Shown one piece after another: positions 48,139-57,557 of a stretch of DNA of 64,000 nucleotides. The stretch lies in contig OZ245006.1 of assembly GCA_965223545.1 (NCBI GenBank), forward strand, positions 1,184,001 to 1,248,000. The letters are read 5' to 3'. A program made the translations under genes and the position numbers. Each line of letters begins with the position of its first letter. The stretch's first letter is position 1. Below the pieces are notes generated by a model, which searched no databases, was not told where the DNA came from, and saw only the letters and a program-made list of their open reading frames with translations. The stretch comes from Planctomycetota bacterium (GTDB lineage Bacteria; Planctomycetota; UBA1135; UBA2386).

Positions 48139-50982
48139 CTATTCGACGACGAACACCTGTACGCTGCGCGGTGGCATGAAGCCCGGCGCCGCGGCGTCGT
48201 GGTGCTGCAGCTTGATGTCGGTGGTGCCCAGGCCCCAGCCGAAGGTGCTGTCCCCGTTGCCCTGACCGACGAGGTACTCCACCACGCCCGCGCCCGCGGG
48301 GCGCAGCCCCTTGACGACGAAGTCTTGGTCGATGCCGTCATAGTGGGCCGGGTCGAACGACCCGGTCCACGCCGAGGGGAAGTCGGACCAGTTGACGAAG
48401 ACGATGCCGACCCGATCTTCACCCGGAGTGCGCCAAACGCCGTGCATCACGGTCGCCACCGGGTACTGCTGGATGGTCAGGGAGTCCTCGTTGAAGTGCA
48501 GCACGCCCGGCGTCGCCGGCGAGGTCAGCGTCGCCACCGCGGTCGACGGGTTGGGCACCGAAGTCACCACCAGTGGCGGGTAGCCCAGCGGGCCACGCGG
48601 CGGCAGCCGCAGCGGCCGCTCGGCAATGCCACCGCACAGGTACTGGCCGGCCTCGTCGGTGCACGACGTGGCGGCATGCACCCGCTGCAGGAACGCGATC
48701 ACGTCATTCTGCTGCGGCACGCTCGGATCCCGCGCCTCGACCACGCCGTTGCGATTCACGAACAAGGTGAAGTCCTTGTAGTCGTAGAAGAACGGGTACA
48801 CCTGCGGCTTCATGCCCTGCACCAACCGCAGTGCCGTGACCATGCGTGTGTAGTCGGCCCACTGCTGCCAGGTGAGGCCCAAGCCCGGCGGCTGGCCGCC
48901 ACCGAGATCGGCGCGCACGCCGGTCGTGTGCAGCATCACACCGATCGCGTCGGCGCGCGAGTACTCGTGATACACCGGGTTCCACAGCGGCGGGTTGGGG
49001 TTGGCGGTCTCCACCGGGGTGGGGAACGGATTGCCCGCGATCAGATCCAGGACGGTCATCTGCTGCGTCTGCAGCGGCACCGGCTTGATGCCGTGCTGGC
49101 CGAAGTCGTAGTGGCCGGCGTAGAACTCCTGGGCGGCCTCGGTGAGCACGAACGGGATCTCGGGGTGCTGCGCCCCGGTCTTGTCCCGGCCCACTCGCGC
49201 ACGGATTACGTCGAACGCGCGGTTGCCGCCCTCGACGAAGGCGGTGCCGCCGTGGTGGCGGAAGTTGAACGGCAAGGGCCCGTTGGGCGACGGGTAGCGC
49301 AAGAAGCTGCCCTGGCCGCCGAGCGTATCGAGGAACACGCCGCCGAGCTGCGGGGTGGTGTTCATGATGTCGTCGTAGAGCTCGGTACCCATCCACCCCG
49401 GCACTGCGACGGTGTGGCCGAAGTCGACGATCATGCCGCCGGTCGGCAGCGGTGGCGGCTGGGTGCCGTCGCGCAGATAGACGAACCAGTCGGGATCGAA
49501 GCTGGGCCAATCGGCGTCGTTGACGTACAGCGGCAAGGTGTACATCGACATGTTGATGCCGGCGGCGTGGGCGCGCGCGATCTCGTTGCGCGCCTCGGTC
49601 GTCGGCTCCTGGAACGCACCCGCTGCCGCGGTGAACGGCCGTGGATTGTAGCCGGGCCCGATCGGGTCCTCGACGCCATCGCCCTTCAGCCATTTCTGCC
49701 ACTCCATGAACACCGGCGTCGCCGAGCCGTCCGGCTCGCGAAAGACCTGTTGGAAGTCCAGCGCCGTGTCCGTGAAGGTCTGGAACATGGCCGGCAGGTC
49801 GGCGTTGACCTTGTTGAAGACTGAGGTCGCCACCATGACCGAGCTGCGCGGGTAGTCGGGATTGAGCGCGTAGGCCGGATCGGCGACCCCGACCAATCCC
49901 ATCTCGCTGCGCACGAACTCGCGATAGTGGCTGGTGACGTCGTACCAGAACGTGTCGTCAGCCGCTTCGAGCGCGCACAGCACGGCGGGATATCCGCTCT
50001 GGAAGTAGTTGAGCCAGGGTGAGGGCCCGTACTCGGGGAAGTACACCGGCGCCCACCGGTAGTACTCCAGCCCCAGCGGATCGGGCACGCAGTCGTGTTG
50101 GAAGCGCTTGTAGTAGCCCTCGTGGTCCTCGGTCGAGAAGTAGAGGATCTTGCGGAATGCGGTGAACAGCTCGTTGCCGAGCGGAATCGATGTCGGGTCG
50201 CCACCGTACAACGCGCTGAACTGCATCTGCTGCCCGCGCGCCGGGTGCTCCACATCGGCGGACAAGCCGAACAGCCGCCAGAGCGACATCGGCAAGTTGG
50301 TCGCCGGCAGCACGAAGTTGGTCGACAGCGGGATCAGAATTCGTGCCTGCGCGGCGCTGCCAGGCTGGCGTGCGTAGACGATCGGTGCGTGCACCTCATC
50401 CACGGTGTGCTGCTCGGTGCCGCCCGGAATCTGCAGCCGGATCACGCGGCTGTTCCACTCGGCGCGGTTGGGCGACGTCGCGGGGATCTTGACCTCCAGC
50501 TCGACCAACAACACCGACGCCGGGCTCTGGCACGGAATCGCGCAACCCATCCAGCTGAAGATCGCGTGCGTCGGCGCCGATCGCGAGTCGACCCAGGTCT
50601 CGAAGTTGAGCGCGCTGTCGGGCAGCACTTCGGTCGGCGTCTGACTGGTGAGTGGCCGGGTGACGACTTTCCACAGACCGCGCGGCTGGCCCAGCGGCGG
50701 TGTTGCGGCGTAGGCGAAGCGCGTCACCGTGCCGTCCGCCCGCGTGCCGCGGTGGCCGATCTCGGTGAGCACGGCGCCGACTGAGGCATCCCGGGTGAAC
50801 GTCAACGCGATGCGCCGGTCGCCGCTATCGACCGAGCCGACCTGCAGCTGGTCGCCCGGGTTCCAGCGCAGGCGCGACATGCGCAGCTTGGAGAAGGGGG
50901 CACCTTGACCAAATGCCGCAGTGGGGAGCAGACTGACACTGACTGTCACCAGTGCCGCCAGGAGAGCTGTGGTGCGAAGCAT
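48139..50982 (-). CDS. Secreted DUF6259-like protein (putative glycoside hydrolase)
   Basis: Signal ...AFGQ; MQFSALY, LYFSTED..GY.K, WYD....YREFV, GVFLD, HGG, TE..QE.Y, PLW..VYHEY motifs recalled for this family. Confidence 0.7.
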   Translation of the reverse strand: MLRTTALLAALVTVSVSLLPTAAFGQGAPFSKLRMSRLRWNPGDQLQVGSVDSGDRRIALTFTRDASVGAVLTEIGHRGTRADGTVTRFAYAATPPLGQPRGLWKVVTRPLTSQTPTEVLPDSALNFETWVDSRSAPTHAIFSWMGCAIPCQSPASVLLVELEVKIPATSPNRAEWNSRVIRLQIPGGTEQHTVDEVHAPIVYARQPGSAAQARILIPLSTNFVLPATNLPMSLWRLFGLSADVEHPARGQQMQFSALYGGDPTSIPLGNELFTAFRKILYFSTEDHEGYYKRFQHDCVPDPLGLEYYRWAPVYFPEYGPSPWLNYFQSGYPAVLCALEAADDTFWYDVTSHYREFVRSEMGLVGVADPAYALNPDYPRSSVMVATSVFNKVNADLPAMFQTFTDTALDFQQVFREPDGSATPVFMEWQKWLKGDGVEDPIGPGYNPRPFTAAAGAFQEPTTEARNEIARAHAAGINMSMYTLPLYVNDADWPSFDPDWFVYLRDGTQPPPLPTGGMIVDFGHTVAVPGWMGTELYDDIMNTTPQLGGVFLDTLGGQGSFLRYPSPNGPLPFNFRHHGGTAFVEGGNRAFDVIRARVGRDKTGAQHPEIPFVLTEAAQEFYAGHYDFGQHGIKPVPLQTQQMTVLDLIAGNPFPTPVETANPNPPLWNPVYHEYSRADAIGVMLHTTGVRADLGGGQPPGLGLTWQQWADYTRMVTALRLVQGMKPQVYPFFYDYKDFTLFVNRNGVVEARDPSVPQQNDVIAFLQRVHAATSCTDEAGQYLCGGIAERPLRLPPRGPLGYPPLVVTSVPNPSTAVATLTSPATPGVLHFNEDSLTIQQYPVATVMHGVWRTPGEDRVGIVFVNWSDFPSAWTGSFDPAHYDGIDQDFVVKGLRPAGAGVVEYLVGQGNGDSTFGWGLGTTDIKLQHHDAAAPGFMPPRSVQVFVVE

Positions 50983-51130
50983 GGGATCCCGAAGCGAAAG
51001 AGCCTTCCCGAGTCTCTACCGGACTGCACCGGGCAACCGCGCCAAGGGGCGAAACCCGATTGACTCGAGGCCCGCCAAAACAGCGGACCGTTCGAGCTTC
51101 GCCCTCGGCCGCCGCGCCAGCAAGTCCGCG

Positions 51131-53014
51131 ATGGCAATCGCCAGACGCGCGTACGGCACACGAGAGGCGCGACAGTTTCTCGCGGGCCCGCCTGGCGCAC
51201 GGTGGTTGGCGACCGCGCTCCCGTTCGTCATCCTCGCCGCAGCGCTACACGGACAGCCAACGAGCCCGAACGTCGTGGTCGTCGTCGCCGACGACTGGTC
51301 GTGGCCACATGCGTCTGCGTTTGGCGACCCGGTAGTGCGTACACCGGCCGTCGATGCGCTCATCGCAGCCGGAGTCCTGTTCCGCCGCGCGTTCGCGCCG
51401 TCCCCCTCATGCACGCCGGCGCGCGGAGCGCTGCTCGCCGGGCAGGAGATCTGGCGTCTGGGCGAGGGCGCCAACCTCTGGAGCACGCTCGACGCGTCGA
51501 TTCCGGTATATCCAGACCTGCTCGAGAGTGCCGGCTATCACGTCGGCTTCGAGGGCAAGGGCTGGGGTCCGGGAGACGACACTGCTGGCGGCCGCACTCG
51601 CAACCCCGCCGGAACATGCTACGCCGACTTCGACGCGTTCCTCGCGGCGCGGCCCGAGGGCGCCCCGTTTTGCTATTGGTCCGGTCCAGAAGAACCGCAC
51701 CGTCCGTACGCGCCGGGGTCGGGGATCGCCGCCGGTCTGGACCCTGCTGCTGTGCGCGTGCCCGGCTTCCTTCCCGACACCCCGGCGGTGCGCTCCGACC
51801 TGCTCGACTACTACGCCGCTGTCGAGCGCTTCGACCGCGGCGTCGGGTGGCTGCTGGCACGTCTCAACGCCACCGGCGAACGGGATGACACCCTTCTCGT
51901 CGTGACGAGTGACAACGGGATGCCGTTCCCGCGGGCAAAGGCCAATCTCTACGACGCGGGCACGCGAGTGCCGCTGATCATCCAGTGGCCCGACGCGTTC
52001 CAGGGGAACCGCGTGATCGACGACTTCGTCACCCTCACTGACATCGCGCCCACGCTGTTGGCCGCCGCGGGGCAAGCGCTGCACCCCGAGATGACCGGCC
52101 GCAGCCTCCTGCCTGCACTGCGCTCCGGTCGGTCGGGGCAAGTGCAAGCCGGTTGGGACCACGTCGCACTCGGCCGGGAGCGGCACAACCCGAGCCGGCA
52201 CTGCGAGCAAGTGGGCTATCCGATGCGCGCGGTGCGCGAGGCCGGCTTCCTCTACGTCGAGAACCTCGCTCCGCAGCGCCCCCCCGCCGGCGTCGACCTG
52301 GCTCTGTGGAGCACGGTGCGGCGCCCCTTCCCGGATGTGGACCACGGGCCCACTAAACGGCTGATGATGCGGCCGGGCGCATGGCCGCTGCAGTTTGCGC
52401 TCGCATTCGAGCGCCGGCCCCCCGTCGAGCTCTACGACCTGAGAACCGATCCCGAACAACTGGTCAACGTCGCCGCCGACCCGCGTTTCGCGGCGGATCG
52501 AGACCGGCTCGCCAGCCAGCTGGCGCGCCATCGCGCCGGCACCGGCGATCCGCGCCGCCGCGGCCGCCCAGCGGCGTTCGACGGCTACCCTTACCGGCAC
52601 CCCGCGTTTTCGCCGCCGACGCTGACGGCATCACCGCTGCATCTGTCGGTGTCGGCCGGCGGAGAGCAGGTCTGGTCGCTCCGCACCGGCACCGCGCACG
52701 CGGGGCGGACGTACATCGTGCTCGGGTCGCTCACCGGCACCGCGCCCGGCATCGTCCTCGGCCGCGTGACGATCCCCTTGGTTGCAGATGCCTACACGGC
52801 CTGGACGGCACAGCCAACCATCCCCCTGCTCTTCCAGCACATCGGCCGCCTCGATGGCAACGGCAACGCCGACGCGGCATTCATCGCCGAGACCGGCGCC
52901 CTGGCACCGGCCATGGCGGGCATGACCCTGTTCCACGCCTTCGCCGTCATCGAGCCGTACCTCGGCCTGCCGGCGATGGCGAGCAACCCGTGCCGGCTGA
53001 TGCTTCGTCGTTGA
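51131..53014 (+). CDS. Formylglycine-type sulfatase with C-terminal beta domain
   Basis: PNVVVVVADD, SCTPARGALLAG (CxPxR), GKGW, PHRPY, SDNG.PFPRAKANLYDAG.RVP, ELYDL..DP.QL.N; start uncertain. Confidence 0.92.
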   Translation: MAIARRAYGTREARQFLAGPPGARWLATALPFVILAAALHGQPTSPNVVVVVADDWSWPHASAFGDPVVRTPAVDALIAAGVLFRRAFAPSPSCTPARGALLAGQEIWRLGEGANLWSTLDASIPVYPDLLESAGYHVGFEGKGWGPGDDTAGGRTRNPAGTCYADFDAFLAARPEGAPFCYWSGPEEPHRPYAPGSGIAAGLDPAAVRVPGFLPDTPAVRSDLLDYYAAVERFDRGVGWLLARLNATGERDDTLLVVTSDNGMPFPRAKANLYDAGTRVPLIIQWPDAFQGNRVIDDFVTLTDIAPTLLAAAGQALHPEMTGRSLLPALRSGRSGQVQAGWDHVALGRERHNPSRHCEQVGYPMRAVREAGFLYVENLAPQRPPAGVDLALWSTVRRPFPDVDHGPTKRLMMRPGAWPLQFALAFERRPPVELYDLRTDPEQLVNVAADPRFAADRDRLASQLARHRAGTGDPRRRGRPAAFDGYPYRHPAFSPPTLTASPLHLSVSAGGEQVWSLRTGTAHAGRTYIVLGSLTGTAPGIVLGRVTIPLVADAYTAWTAQPTIPLLFQHIGRLDGNGNADAAFIAETGALAPAMAGMTLFHAFAVIEPYLGLPAMASNPCRLMLRR

Positions 53015-54218
53015 AGCGACGCCGCCAAATCCAGAGCGCGGCGCACGCGACGGCACCGAGGTGTACGCCGGCGACGGCGAACACTCCGCGCAGCCCGACG
53101 ACCGGAATCAGGGCGTGGCCGACAACCGGACCGCTGGCGATGCCGAGCTGCATGCAACTCTGCACCAGACCGAACGCCAGGGACCGGTGCTCGGTCGAGA
53201 CCCGCCGCGCGACCGCGGCGTACGCCAGCGTCATGATGCCGGCCATCAGCAACGCACCGACACAGCGCAGTGCCAGGTAGCTGCCGGTGGCGCGCACGGT
53301 GCTGGTCGCGATGAGCACGACTGCCAGGCCCGAGGCGACCACCGCCAGACACCGCATCGGCCCGTAGCGATCCGCCCAGCGCCCCCACCGCGTGGTGATC
53401 GCGATCTGCGCCACGGCGAGCACGGTGAAGGCCAGCGCCGCGGTGCGATCCAACGCCAGTGTCGGATCGTCCGGCGCGAGTACCGCGAGGGGGCCGAGCT
53501 GGCGCACCCACAACGCCGTGAAGGGCTCGACCATCTGCAATCCCAAGCGCATGCCGAACGCGACCGCCAGGACCGCGAGCAACTGCGGATTGCGCAGCGC
53601 CAGGCCGACGCCGGAACCGCCTTCGTGCCGGCGGGGCCGCAGCGCGCGCCGGTCCTCGACCGCGAACACGAGTACACACAGAAAGCCGATGCCGGCCGCG
53701 ATGCTGCCGGTGTGAAACACGGCGGCGCGCCCCCAGGCGGCCGCGACCTCGGCGGCGGCCGCCGGCCCGATGGCGAGGCCCAGCGCGAGCGCCAGCTGTA
53801 GCCGTGCGATCACCCGGCCACTGTGCTCGGGCGGCGCCGACGCCGTGACCAGCGCCATGGCCGGGGCGATGAAGCCCGCGAACACACCCTGCAGAACGCG
53901 GAGTGCCACGAGCTGCTCGGGCTGCTCGGCAAATGGCATCAGGCCCAGCGCCACGGCGATCCCGAGCTGCGCCCGCAACAGCATCATCTTGCGGCCGACG
54001 CGATCGCCCAAGACACCCCAGAACGGGCCACACACCGCCGCGCTCAAGGGTGCAGCACCGAACGTCCACGCGGTCCAGAATTCGACGTCGCGGACATCGG
54101 TCAGGCCGAAGCGCTGCTCGATGTAGAACGGCAGCGTCGGCAGCATGCCCATCAAGCCGACGGTCACCGCCAACATCGACGGCCAGACGGCGAGAAAGTT
54201 GCGTTGCCAGAGCTGCAC
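52947..54218 (-). CDS. MFS transporter (DHA1-like)
   Basis: WQRNF, WGVLGDRVGRK motif A, LRVLQG, WGRWADRYG; GTG start is a guess; 3' end overlaps the sulfatase 3' end by 68 bp. Confidence 0.88.
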   Translation of the reverse strand: MQLWQRNFLAVWPSMLAVTVGLMGMLPTLPFYIEQRFGLTDVRDVEFWTAWTFGAAPLSAAVCGPFWGVLGDRVGRKMMLLRAQLGIAVALGLMPFAEQPEQLVALRVLQGVFAGFIAPAMALVTASAPPEHSGRVIARLQLALALGLAIGPAAAAEVAAAWGRAAVFHTGSIAAGIGFLCVLVFAVEDRRALRPRRHEGGSGVGLALRNPQLLAVLAVAFGMRLGLQMVEPFTALWVRQLGPLAVLAPDDPTLALDRTAALAFTVLAVAQIAITTRWGRWADRYGPMRCLAVVASGLAVVLIATSTVRATGSYLALRCVGALLMAGIMTLAYAAVARRVSTEHRSLAFGLVQSCMQLGIASGPVVGHALIPVVGLRGVFAVAGVHLGAVACAALWIWRRRFNDEASAGTGCSPSPAGRGTAR

Positions 54219-54434
54219 GCGGGCGGGGGTCGGCGGCGACGGCGGGCTCGGCCCCGTGCCGTGGAGAGAAGACCGCGCACTGTCGCCGCCCGCCCGCGGC
54301 ACCGCAAGCGCCACGCGGCCGCACGGCCGGCCGCGCGACGAGGAAATCGTGGGTACATTTTTGCGCACGGACGATCCATTGGAAGATGGCGGGTGCCGGA
54401 CACCGACTCCCGCGCGACCACCCGCTCCGACCGC

Positions 54435-57400
54435 ATGCACTGCAATCACCGCCGCCGTACCATCCCGCTGCTGGTCCTCGCCGCCGGCGCGCACCTCGCG
54501 GCCCAGTCACCGGCGCCGATCGAGGCGCCGCTCGCCGACCGCCTGCCGGCGCTCGCCGAGCAATCGAGCTGGGCCCAGGACACCCGCTACGAGGGGGAGC
54601 AGCCGGACAAACGCCAGCGCGGCACCTACCCGATCGGCAACGGCTACGTCTTCGCCTACCAAGGGCTCGGCGCCCGGGCCAACACGCTGCAGGCGATCAC
54701 CGGTCCCCGCTACCAGACCGACGCGGTGTTCGAGCCACGCGGCCACTTCGGGGCGTGCAGCCTGGAGCTGTCGCGCGACGGCGCGCCGCTGGCGCTGCCG
54801 CAGCAGCGCGTGCGCCGCGTGCTCGGCGCCGCTGCGGTGGTCAGTGAGGATCGCGGCGACGACGTGGCGCTGCGGGTCCTGACCTTCGCCGCCCCCGAGC
54901 GTCGCCATCTGGTGCGGGTCATCGACGTCGTCAACACCGGCCCGGACGAGCTCGCGGGCCTGCGACTGCGTGTCGCGGTCGAGGGCACCGCGGCCGCGCT
55001 CGGCGAGGACGGCCTCGCGCTGGTCTACGCGTCGGAACGGCGGCCGGCGAGCGCGGTGCTGCGACTCGCAGGCGCGGCGTTTGCCGACGGCGGTCTGACG
55101 ACCGCGCTGCCCACCCTGGCAGCGGGGGAACGCTGGCGCGGCGTGCTCTCGATCCACACCCGGGCCGGCGCCACTCCCGACGCCGACAGCGCGCCCGTGC
55201 TCGACGTCGAAGCCGCCGCGCGCGAAGCCGAGGGCGTGCTCGCCTGGTGGCGCTTCAAGCTGAGGGACACCCTGCAAGTCGATACCGACCACCACAAGCT
55301 GCGCGATCTGGTCACCGACTGGAAGGTCTTGATGCTGACCCAACGCTGCGCCACGTCGGGCGCGGTGTCACCGATGATCAACTACCGCGGGGCGTGGGTG
55401 CGCGACAGCGTCGGCCCGATGCTGTGGTTCCTGCGCACCAATCTGTGGGCCGAGGCGCGCGGCATCCTGTCCTACCTCTACCGCGCCACGCGCCTGCACA
55501 ATCGGGTCCCCAACCACGTGCCGCTCGACCTGGACTTCGCCCCGCTCGCCGAGCGCGAGACCGATTGGACCACCGTCGCCGTGCCGGAGAGCGAGGTGCC
55601 GTCGTGGATCATCCTGATGCACTACTGGTACTGGCGCGCGACCCGCGACGCCGCGCTGATCCGCGACCACTGGTCGTTGCTCGAGGTGTGCCTCAAGCGG
55701 CAGCAGCGCGGCGAGGGCGGCGTGATGCCGTTCCACGGCGACGAGACCTACCTGCACGGGGCTCTCTACAGCCTGTACCCCGACCGGGTCGGCGCCGGCA
55801 GCGGCTTCATCGCGGAGGATCGCTGGCGCGGCCGCAAGACCCACTCGCTGGCGAGCGGGGTGCAGTTCCTGCTCGCGGTGCTGGCGATGGGCGAGCTGCG
55901 CGACGCGGTGGACGCCCTGCTGCGTCCCGACGCATGGGCCCGCGGCCGGCCCGACGACGCGCCGGGTCAGCCCTACCTGGAGCAGCGCGTCCCGGTGCAG
56001 CGCGCGCTCGAGGACGCGTTTTGGCTCGAGGAGGAGGGCTTCTTCGCGCCGGCCTTGTCGCCGGTCAACCGCGAGCCGCACCGGCTGCCGTTCGCCAACG
56101 TCAACTTGATGCCACTGTGGCTCGGCTGGACGTTTCCCAGCGGCGAACGCAGCCGCGACAACCTGCGCAACACGCTGGCCGGGTTGTGGCGGGACGGTGT
56201 TCGGATCGGCACCACGCCGACGGTCGGCTACGCCACCGGACACGCGCAGGGAATGCTGCTGGCGGGCCTCAGCGAGCGCGACGCGGCATCGCGCCTCGAC
56301 TGCCTGGACGCCTTGCTCGAGATGGCGGAGCCGGCGGGGGAATGGGGCGAGATCCACGACCCCGACGGCCGGCCGGTGGCCGCTTACCACGCCGAGTGGC
56401 CCAACCGCTGCCGGCCGTGGGAGGGTGGCATCAACATGGACGCGATCCTGTTCTCGCTCTGCGGTTCGCGCTACGCGTCACTGCCCAACTGGGACCTCGA
56501 CGACATCCGCCTCGAGCCACGGCTGCCGCACGGCGGGACGTTCGTCACCTTCAAGCACATGCGCAAGGACGCGCGCGACCTGCACTTGTTCGTCTACGAA
56601 CACACCGCGCCGCTCAGCGAGGAAGAACGCGCCGAGAACCTGCGGCTCCCCGCCGACCAGCGGCGCGACCCGCGCGCCGCGCACCGGCGGCTGGCGTTTC
56701 GCCTCGAACAGCTGTCGGCAGACCCGCCCGCGGGGTTCCGGCATCTGGCGGCCAACAGCGTCGGCACGCTGTTCACCGAGTTCGTCCGCCGCGGCGTGCC
56801 GATCGAGAAGAGCGAGTTCTGGGGTGCGGACCACCTGCAGTTCATGCCGGCGCCCGACACTCCGCCACGGCCGCCAAAGGTCGCGCCACCGTCGGTCGCC
56901 GCCGGCACCGAGCGCATCGTGCTCACCAGCCGGCAGCGCGGCGCCGACATCGGCGGCAAGGGAGCCGTGCCGATCGACACCGGGTTGCCCTGCGATCCGG
57001 GACAGATCGGGTCCGCGTTGTTGCGCGACGGCGCGCCGGCGGCGCGCGAGCTGCTCTTGGACTGGGGCTGGAACGACCCCGGGCGCACCACGTTCAAGCC
57101 GGAAGCGTTCTGGCAAGATCCCGCGTGGCTGCGGGCACTCGACGCCTTCCGCGCCGGCGGCGGAGTCGTGCACACCCCCGGCTTCGTCTCGAGCTACGTC
57201 GTCGAGGGGCAAAGCCCGACCGTCACCCCGGCGCCCGGTGGGCGGCTCGAGCTCGCCGCCGACGTTCCGCGCCCGGTGCGCGTGCGGGCGCGCTGGCACG
57301 CGGACCGCGCCGGCGAGGCGCTGCTCTGGATCGGATCGGGATGCGGCCTGCAAGCCCGCTTCAACGGCGACGCCCTCTACGAGCACAGCGGCGGCCGCCA

Positions 57401-57551
57401 CCCGCTGCCCGACCTGGATCGGGTCCTGGTCCAGCTCCGCGAGGGCGACAACGAGCTCGAGATCACGCTGCGCGAGGGCGGCAACGCGGTGCTCTACGCG
57501 CGCTGTACGGACCTCGAGGGCCGGCCGCTCACCCCCACGGCCCAGCCCTGA
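54435..57551 (+). CDS. Secreted six-hairpin glycosidase-like protein
   Basis: Signal MHCNHRRRTIPLLVLAAGAHLAAQ; YRGAWVRD, E..SW, WGEIHD, RPWEGG resemble (alpha/alpha)6 GH15-like enzymes; C-terminal jelly-roll-like VQLREGDNEL. Confidence 0.6.
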   Translation: MHCNHRRRTIPLLVLAAGAHLAAQSPAPIEAPLADRLPALAEQSSWAQDTRYEGEQPDKRQRGTYPIGNGYVFAYQGLGARANTLQAITGPRYQTDAVFEPRGHFGACSLELSRDGAPLALPQQRVRRVLGAAAVVSEDRGDDVALRVLTFAAPERRHLVRVIDVVNTGPDELAGLRLRVAVEGTAAALGEDGLALVYASERRPASAVLRLAGAAFADGGLTTALPTLAAGERWRGVLSIHTRAGATPDADSAPVLDVEAAAREAEGVLAWWRFKLRDTLQVDTDHHKLRDLVTDWKVLMLTQRCATSGAVSPMINYRGAWVRDSVGPMLWFLRTNLWAEARGILSYLYRATRLHNRVPNHVPLDLDFAPLAERETDWTTVAVPESEVPSWIILMHYWYWRATRDAALIRDHWSLLEVCLKRQQRGEGGVMPFHGDETYLHGALYSLYPDRVGAGSGFIAEDRWRGRKTHSLASGVQFLLAVLAMGELRDAVDALLRPDAWARGRPDDAPGQPYLEQRVPVQRALEDAFWLEEEGFFAPALSPVNREPHRLPFANVNLMPLWLGWTFPSGERSRDNLRNTLAGLWRDGVRIGTTPTVGYATGHAQGMLLAGLSERDAASRLDCLDALLEMAEPAGEWGEIHDPDGRPVAAYHAEWPNRCRPWEGGINMDAILFSLCGSRYASLPNWDLDDIRLEPRLPHGGTFVTFKHMRKDARDLHLFVYEHTAPLSEEERAENLRLPADQRRDPRAAHRRLAFRLEQLSADPPAGFRHLAANSVGTLFTEFVRRGVPIEKSEFWGADHLQFMPAPDTPPRPPKVAPPSVAAGTERIVLTSRQRGADIGGKGAVPIDTGLPCDPGQIGSALLRDGAPAARELLLDWGWNDPGRTTFKPEAFWQDPAWLRALDAFRAGGGVVHTPGFVSSYVVEGQSPTVTPAPGGRLELAADVPRPVRVRARWHADRAGEALLWIGSGCGLQARFNGDALYEHSGGRHPLPDLDRVLVQLREGDNELEITLREGGNAVLYARCTDLEGRPLTPTAQP

Positions 57552-57557
57552 AGCCGG

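Noticed and set aside
52947..53014. 68-bp overlap of convergent sulfatase and MFS genes as antisense regulation
   Set aside because: Short 3' overlaps are common in high-GC genomes; the MFS tail looks like simple run-on to a late stop
53823..54434. N-terminal 204 aa of the 1242-aa ORF
   Set aside because: Overlaps the MFS gene antisense; the signal peptide begins at ATG 54435
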